This document shows positions 58,943 to 64,000 of a stretch of 64,000 bases of DNA, piece by piece (position 1 is the stretch's first letter; every line of letters starts with the position of its first letter). A model generated the notes under the pieces. The model was not told the origin of the DNA. It saw only the letters and a list, made by a program, of their open reading frames with translations, and made no database searches. This DNA comes from Escherichia phage BYEP01. The translations under genes and the position numbers were made by a program. The stretch lies in the sequence record OR757453.1; one strand, written 5' to 3'.

Positions 58943-61900
58943 CTATTTTAACCTGTGTTGGATTTTCAGGGTCTCTTGGATTTCCTATATTATCTTTTAA
59001 ACGTTTATTAACTAAATCTCTAAATTGCGCAAATGTTGTTCCAGATGCATCAAATAAAGGACTCATTAATTTACGTCGTTCAGACGGCAATTGACCTTGA
59101 AATATTGAATTATTATTTTCAGCATTATAGTCATCAGGAAGAGGATATTTTACGCCAGCCATTGGGCCAGGCTCATAAATTGCTTCGCCTGTTACCGAAT
59201 CATGCTCAATTTCACCGGTTGGAGTCAATTTAGCTACTCTATCAGCATATTCAGTAGGCAATCCAGAATCCCATTTATAGTTTTTGTATTTATTAATTAT
59301 AGTCTCTGTATGTTTAAGAGTTAAACCAACATTAATAAACATTGTTAAAAGTGTAATTGCTATAAATCCAAATCCTACTGGATGAACAAAACGAATAACG
59401 TCAGATTTCCAGCGGGAAGAAGGTAAATTGGATTTAATTTTCATTACATAGTATGATCTACTTCTATTAATATAGTCTATATTGTTTTGAAGCAAATCCT
59501 TTCCTTTAACGCCACGAATAATTTCGCCTTCAAAACTAGGGAGTCTTTCTGCTTTAACTTCTTGACCAGCAATTAATCTTCCCAAAAGATTATGAATAGT
59601 TACGGTCCATTGCAATTTACCATTAGAATAGCTTCTTTCTATATAAGTAACATTACATCTTCCTGTTGCCGTATAAATCGTTTGTCCTACTAAATCTTCA
59701 GTCAAAGAATCAGATTGAACGATTATATCATATTCAGTACCAGCTCCAGATTCAATTTCAATTTCAACTTCTTCATTATAAAGAACTTTAAAAAGAAATT
59801 TGTATGATGCTTCAATTCCTTTAGTAGAATAAAAATCATAGCTGCGTGATTCAAAAAATCTTGCAACAGCATCGCGTTTGTCAGCATTTAAATAAATGTT
59901 TCTTTTATATATCTCTGACCACAAATATTCCCATGCATGCTCTTCTCGTGGATATTTGTTACGAATTAAATTTCGTAAATTGTTATACTGAGTTCCATAT
60001 CCATCAGAAAGATACTGAATATATGCTTCGCAAAATGCCTCAAAATTTGAATCCTGTAGCAAATAAGAATCAGGCATCATTGTGCCAATTAATGGTCTTA
60101 AATCGGGGTCAGCTAATCCACGCTCTTCTTCAGGCGACCAAGGAGTTTCATGCTCTTGGTTTTGTAAAAATGCTTTTAAAAATACTTCAGTTGGTTTCCA
60201 AATAATTTCTACGGTATCTCTCACACGATAGTTAAAATCATAGTAAGAAATTATTTCACCGGAGGCTTTGTAGAAAAGCATTCCTGATGCGTATTTTTTA
60301 AATCCAGTGAATTTAACATTTGGCATTACTATAGTGCAATCGCCATCATCCCAGTATTCATGTACTAATCTATCTGGTGATGTTTCCGGAATATTTTCTA
60401 TAACTTTGGTGTATTTTAAATCCGCATAAACTACTACAGCTCTATCAGAGTTGTTTATCCAACAACGTGTGTTAGATTTTTTAGACCAGTTAAAGAATGG
60501 TTCTGCGTAGTATTTCATCGGCTGAGGAGTAAAAGTTTCCCAATCAGACTTTTCATCCGCTATAAATGCCATCATATGATAATGCTTATCAGCTAACCAT
60601 TCACGAGGAAATTCATATTTAACGGCACCGATTAACTGATATTTTTCTGCAGTTTCAGGGTCATTAACAACGTTATCACTTAAAAATTTAAAATTACTCG
60701 AAGATAGAGAAACTAATTTACCATCAGTTGACATATTCGCATACCCCGGTTGAATACGTCTTCTTTCTTCTTCAGTGTTGCCAAAAACTCTTTTCCACGT
60801 TTTTGTGTCATGATTTAAAACATAGATTCCTTTATCAGCAGAATCAATTATTTTTGATGTTCTAGGATTAGCATTTAATGTTTCAACTTCACCAATAATA
60901 AGAGCAAAAACTTTATCACCGACAGAATCCATTTTATAGCATACTGCTTTAGGATTTCCGGTTATAGTCATTGTATCAGGTTCAAAAAGTCTTTCCGAAT
61001 ATGTTGGAGATAATGGGTCAGAATCTATAGGTGCATTGCTCGTTTTTATGTATCTAACTTTGTCTCTGGCGACAACATAAATGTAATCATCGGTGCAAGT
61101 AATAGCTTCTGCAATGCGGTATACATTCGCTGGCAAAGTTGCGTAAGTGGCAAAAATTTCTACATCAAATCCTAAATGTAATTGGTCGCCAAGTTTAGCG
61201 AATGTTATATCCTGAGAACTAAATCTGACATCGTCAGCTGACCATCTAACATCAGTCGATTTGCGGCCATAGAAAATCTTGTCGTATCCTAGAACGTATG
61301 TTGTGTTCGCAGATTGGTAATATACTGTCTTAGATAAAGGATATCCTACGCGGTCATTGAAGAGCTTTACAGCTTTCCAAGTTTGTCCTTTATCATTGGA
61401 TACTTTAACTACAGGTTGATAGCGCTCAAAAAGGTATAGAATCCCTTCTGATTCCATCAAATAAACTCGGTTAATATCCTTACATACTTGCTGAATAGAA
61501 CCTTGTATTTCATGATACTCATTTTCACCAATAATAAAATTACTTATTGATGAAACATCAACATATGACGGGCTGAATTGAAATGATTCATTCATCAATG
61601 CAGCCATTATAGTGTCATTATTAAAATTGACATAATTAGAATTGTTAAGAGTAAATTTTTCCTGAATGAATTTATTGGCTAATTGCATTTCAATCATGTT
61701 TTGAAATGTGTAAGCATTCGTAGCAAAAGTTTCAAACTCTTCTGTATAAACCCAATCAGATTGCTCAAAATCTTGTACAGCTGTAGCTACTCTAATGATG
61801 TATGATGTTAGTGGATCAGCATCATCAAAAAAGAAACTATTATTTGCTGTATATCCTAAATTAATCCAACGATATTGATCGCTCGGGAGATTTTCCCCCG

Positions 61901-62033
61901 AGTCTGTTTTTGTCTCAGCGATTTCTACAAAATAGTAGAAATTAGCACCAACGTCATCCCAGCGTACTTGCACCTGATTTGCGGATAACTTGGAAATTCT
62001 GAGACTAGTGACTGAAGGTGCTTTTACTGTCAT
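58935..62033 (-). CDS. 7: baseplate wedge protein (gene 7 product)
   Basis: 1032 aa; position and size. Confidence 0.85.
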   Translation of the reverse strand: MTVKAPSVTSLRISKLSANQVQVRWDDVGANFYYFVEIAETKTDSGENLPSDQYRWINLGYTANNSFFFDDADPLTSYIIRVATAVQDFEQSDWVYTEEFETFATNAYTFQNMIEMQLANKFIQEKFTLNNSNYVNFNNDTIMAALMNESFQFSPSYVDVSSISNFIIGENEYHEIQGSIQQVCKDINRVYLMESEGILYLFERYQPVVKVSNDKGQTWKAVKLFNDRVGYPLSKTVYYQSANTTYVLGYDKIFYGRKSTDVRWSADDVRFSSQDITFAKLGDQLHLGFDVEIFATYATLPANVYRIAEAITCTDDYIYVVARDKVRYIKTSNAPIDSDPLSPTYSERLFEPDTMTITGNPKAVCYKMDSVGDKVFALIIGEVETLNANPRTSKIIDSADKGIYVLNHDTKTWKRVFGNTEEERRRIQPGYANMSTDGKLVSLSSSNFKFLSDNVVNDPETAEKYQLIGAVKYEFPREWLADKHYHMMAFIADEKSDWETFTPQPMKYYAEPFFNWSKKSNTRCWINNSDRAVVVYADLKYTKVIENIPETSPDRLVHEYWDDGDCTIVMPNVKFTGFKKYASGMLFYKASGEIISYYDFNYRVRDTVEIIWKPTEVFLKAFLQNQEHETPWSPEEERGLADPDLRPLIGTMMPDSYLLQDSNFEAFCEAYIQYLSDGYGTQYNNLRNLIRNKYPREEHAWEYLWSEIYKRNIYLNADKRDAVARFFESRSYDFYSTKGIEASYKFLFKVLYNEEVEIEIESGAGTEYDIIVQSDSLTEDLVGQTIYTATGRCNVTYIERSYSNGKLQWTVTIHNLLGRLIAGQEVKAERLPSFEGEIIRGVKGKDLLQNNIDYINRSRSYYVMKIKSNLPSSRWKSDVIRFVHPVGFGFIAITLLTMFINVGLTLKHTETIINKYKNYKWDSGLPTEYADRVAKLTPTGEIEHDSVTGEAIYEPGPMAGVKYPLPDDYNAENNNSIFQGQLPSERRKLMSPLFDASGTTFAQFRDLVNKRLKDNIGNPRDPENPTQVKIDE

Positions 62034-64000
62034 TGTGATATAGGCTCCAAATCGATAGTTAAGTATTGTGGACGTAAGTCATTTTCAAATACAATCAGTG
62101 AACCATCGCGAGTAAAGATAACATCATCGGTTGGGTCAGAATATAATTCAATAGTCTGAACTTCAAATTTTTCAGATGTTAAATTAATTTTAGCGATATT
62201 CCAATAAATCACATCAGCTGGATAATTTATTTCACCGATAACATAGTATTTGTCGCGTCCATCAGAATTTGCTAATTTGTTAAAATCGTTGCCTGTATAC
62301 GGCTGAATGTTTTCATTTTCTGTAACATCGCCAGAAGCAAATGGACCAATAATAACTTTACCAATTCCTTTAGAATCTCGGTCTGTTGATACTATGCGAA
62401 CGTCATATAATACATCTTCTTCTAAACCAGTATCAGGATTTACAACCTTTCGTCCAGAATTAAATGAAAACGTATTAGATTCCATAGAACGATCTTTTAT
62501 TTGATTATTGTATTTAATACCTGCTTCAGGCGTTTTATAGAAGTTTTGTACTTCACGAACAATTTGAATTGTCGCGGATGAGCCAATGATAGAATGATCT
62601 GCATCATCTACATATGTCAACATCTTAGATTTAGCGAAAGATGAGTTAAAAATTTCTACATCTTCGGTATAATAACGATCAATTTTATCAATTATTTGAC
62701 CTTCGAGCCACTGTTCGGATTCTTGCAGCTTATTTAAAGCATATGTGACTTTTAAATTAGTCTTAATAAAAAGATAATTAGGAGAAATAATTGATGGCGT
62801 AATAGGAGCTAAATTATAGTCTTTGAGATAATTTTTAATATCTTCGCGCTGTACAGTAGTTAAATATAGCCCTGATTTAGGTTTAGCAGCAATAAATGCA
62901 TAACCAGGCTTAGTAGAATCAGTGAAAGTCTGAACCGCTTGAATAATAGAACCGAATCTTTCTGAAACGAATGTATCATAATCAGTCGCAGTTACGCAGC
63001 GTTGCTGGGTTTCACGTTTAATAGTACCCAATTCGCGAATACGCTCAATATCTTCTGGATCACCGCCGCCATCTGCCCCAACAAAATCTGGGTCATCGTT
63101 TGGGTTTTCATTAATATTGATGACAGTTATATTTGTTAATGTATCTGCGTATGAAAATCCGACTGCGCCATTCGCATCTGCACCGTTAGTACTGATGTAC
63201 TCAATAACAATCGTAGAGTTCTGGGTAGGCTTAAGACCTCCAATATAATTAGCAGTCAATGCTCCTTCTGCCGCATTAACAGAAATCTCGCCTTCACCAA
63301 AATAAAACTCAGTATTTCCATCAATAGTTTCACGCATGTAGTAAATTGTTGATGTAGAACCAGCATGAACCATTGACTTTCTTGTCCAGTTAATCCATTC
63401 TGCTCCATCAACGTACAGTTTAACTTGGTTTCTATCTATATTTTTGTCATAAATGATAATAGGTGTTAATTTATCATAAATGATTTCAGTTCTTACTATA
63501 CGTCCCTGGGCCAATTTTAAACGCGGAAAATATTGGTTATTTTTATCACGAATAGCAATAACGTCTTCGGTAGAAACGAAGTTATATGGATTAACAGAAG
63601 TATCCTTTGCATATGCTAAAAAGCGAGTTCCGCGAGGAATAGTAATGTAATTCCTATTCAATGCGTCGGTGCATGTTAGCATAATTTCAGTTTGAGCAGC
63701 TGATTTTGAAGTAGGTAAATATCCATTATCTTGTGCAGCTTGAACTACTGAACTACGCAAATTAGCAGTACGCATAAAGCTTTCATACAAGGCAGCATTA
63801 CCAAACTGCTGAATGTATAATGTATTATAAGCCAAAAGGTCGCACAGAACGTTTAATCTTGAGCCTTCAAAATCATAATCCAAAAATTCATTTTGACCAT
63901 TAAGCCATTCAATGAGGTTTTGTTTTATTTCAGCAAATGTACCCCCGACGAATATCTCGGGAATAGCATTTGCTGTTCTTGTTAATTGATAATTTACAGG
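62030..64000 (-). CDS. 6: baseplate wedge protein (gene 6 product), 5' end truncated by window edge
   Basis: Open reading frame runs to the end of the window; internal Met at 63883 is not the true start. Confidence 0.8.
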   Translation of the reverse strand, partial: PVNYQLTRTANAIPEIFVGGTFAEIKQNLIEWLNGQNEFLDYDFEGSRLNVLCDLLAYNTLYIQQFGNAALYESFMRTANLRSSVVQAAQDNGYLPTSKSAAQTEIMLTCTDALNRNYITIPRGTRFLAYAKDTSVNPYNFVSTEDVIAIRDKNNQYFPRLKLAQGRIVRTEIIYDKLTPIIIYDKNIDRNQVKLYVDGAEWINWTRKSMVHAGSTSTIYYMRETIDGNTEFYFGEGEISVNAAEGALTANYIGGLKPTQNSTIVIEYISTNGADANGAVGFSYADTLTNITVININENPNDDPDFVGADGGGDPEDIERIRELGTIKRETQQRCVTATDYDTFVSERFGSIIQAVQTFTDSTKPGYAFIAAKPKSGLYLTTVQREDIKNYLKDYNLAPITPSIISPNYLFIKTNLKVTYALNKLQESEQWLEGQIIDKIDRYYTEDVEIFNSSFAKSKMLTYVDDADHSIIGSSATIQIVREVQNFYKTPEAGIKYNNQIKDRSMESNTFSFNSGRKVVNPDTGLEEDVLYDVRIVSTDRDSKGIGKVIIGPFASGDVTENENIQPYTGNDFNKLANSDGRDKYYVIGEINYPADVIYWNIAKINLTSEKFEVQTIELYSDPTDDVIFTRDGSLIVFENDLRPQYLTIDLEPISQ

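Overview
This window is a contiguous ~64 kb stretch of a T4-type (Tequatrovirus-like) myovirus genome; many encoded proteins match my memory of phage T4 almost residue for residue. Positions 1-22 kb carry a rightward early/middle cluster (td, nrdA.2/nrdA.1-position ORFs, nrdA, nrdB, denA, RNA ligase 1, alc-position ORF, a spanin-like pair, pseT, cd, gene 31, rIII, small 30.x-type ORFs, DNA ligase gp30, alt). Positions 22-28 kb and 35-64 kb carry leftward late genes (baseplate hub 54-48-29-28-27-51; head 24-23-22-21-68-67-20; tail 19-18; terminase 17-16; neck 15-14-13; wac; baseplate 12 to 6, with gene 6 truncated by the window edge). Between them lie a rightward block (26, 25, uvsY) and uvsW, inh, hoc and a truncated rnlB. 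The main finding is that the large terminase gene (gp17) is broken into two separately translated halves exactly at the Walker B ATPase motif: the N-half ends in a short intein N-fragment, a nuclease ORF sits between in another frame, and the C-half begins with an intein C-fragment ending in HN followed by Cys. This is the 'fractured gene' / atypical split-intein arrangement, implying the packaging ATPase must be rebuilt by protein trans-splicing. Other accessory features: nrdA split into two ORFs by an HNH endonuclease gene; ORF-less group I introns in td and nrdB; two more paralogous free-standing HNH genes (uvsW/uvsW.1 and gene 13/14 junctions); an internally truncated RNA ligase 2; a two-Ig-domain Hoc; a degenerate duplicate of the alt 5' end; and a 24-nt coding tandem repeat. 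No tRNA, rRNA, CRISPR or IS elements were seen. Comparisons with T4 are from memory, not from a database search.
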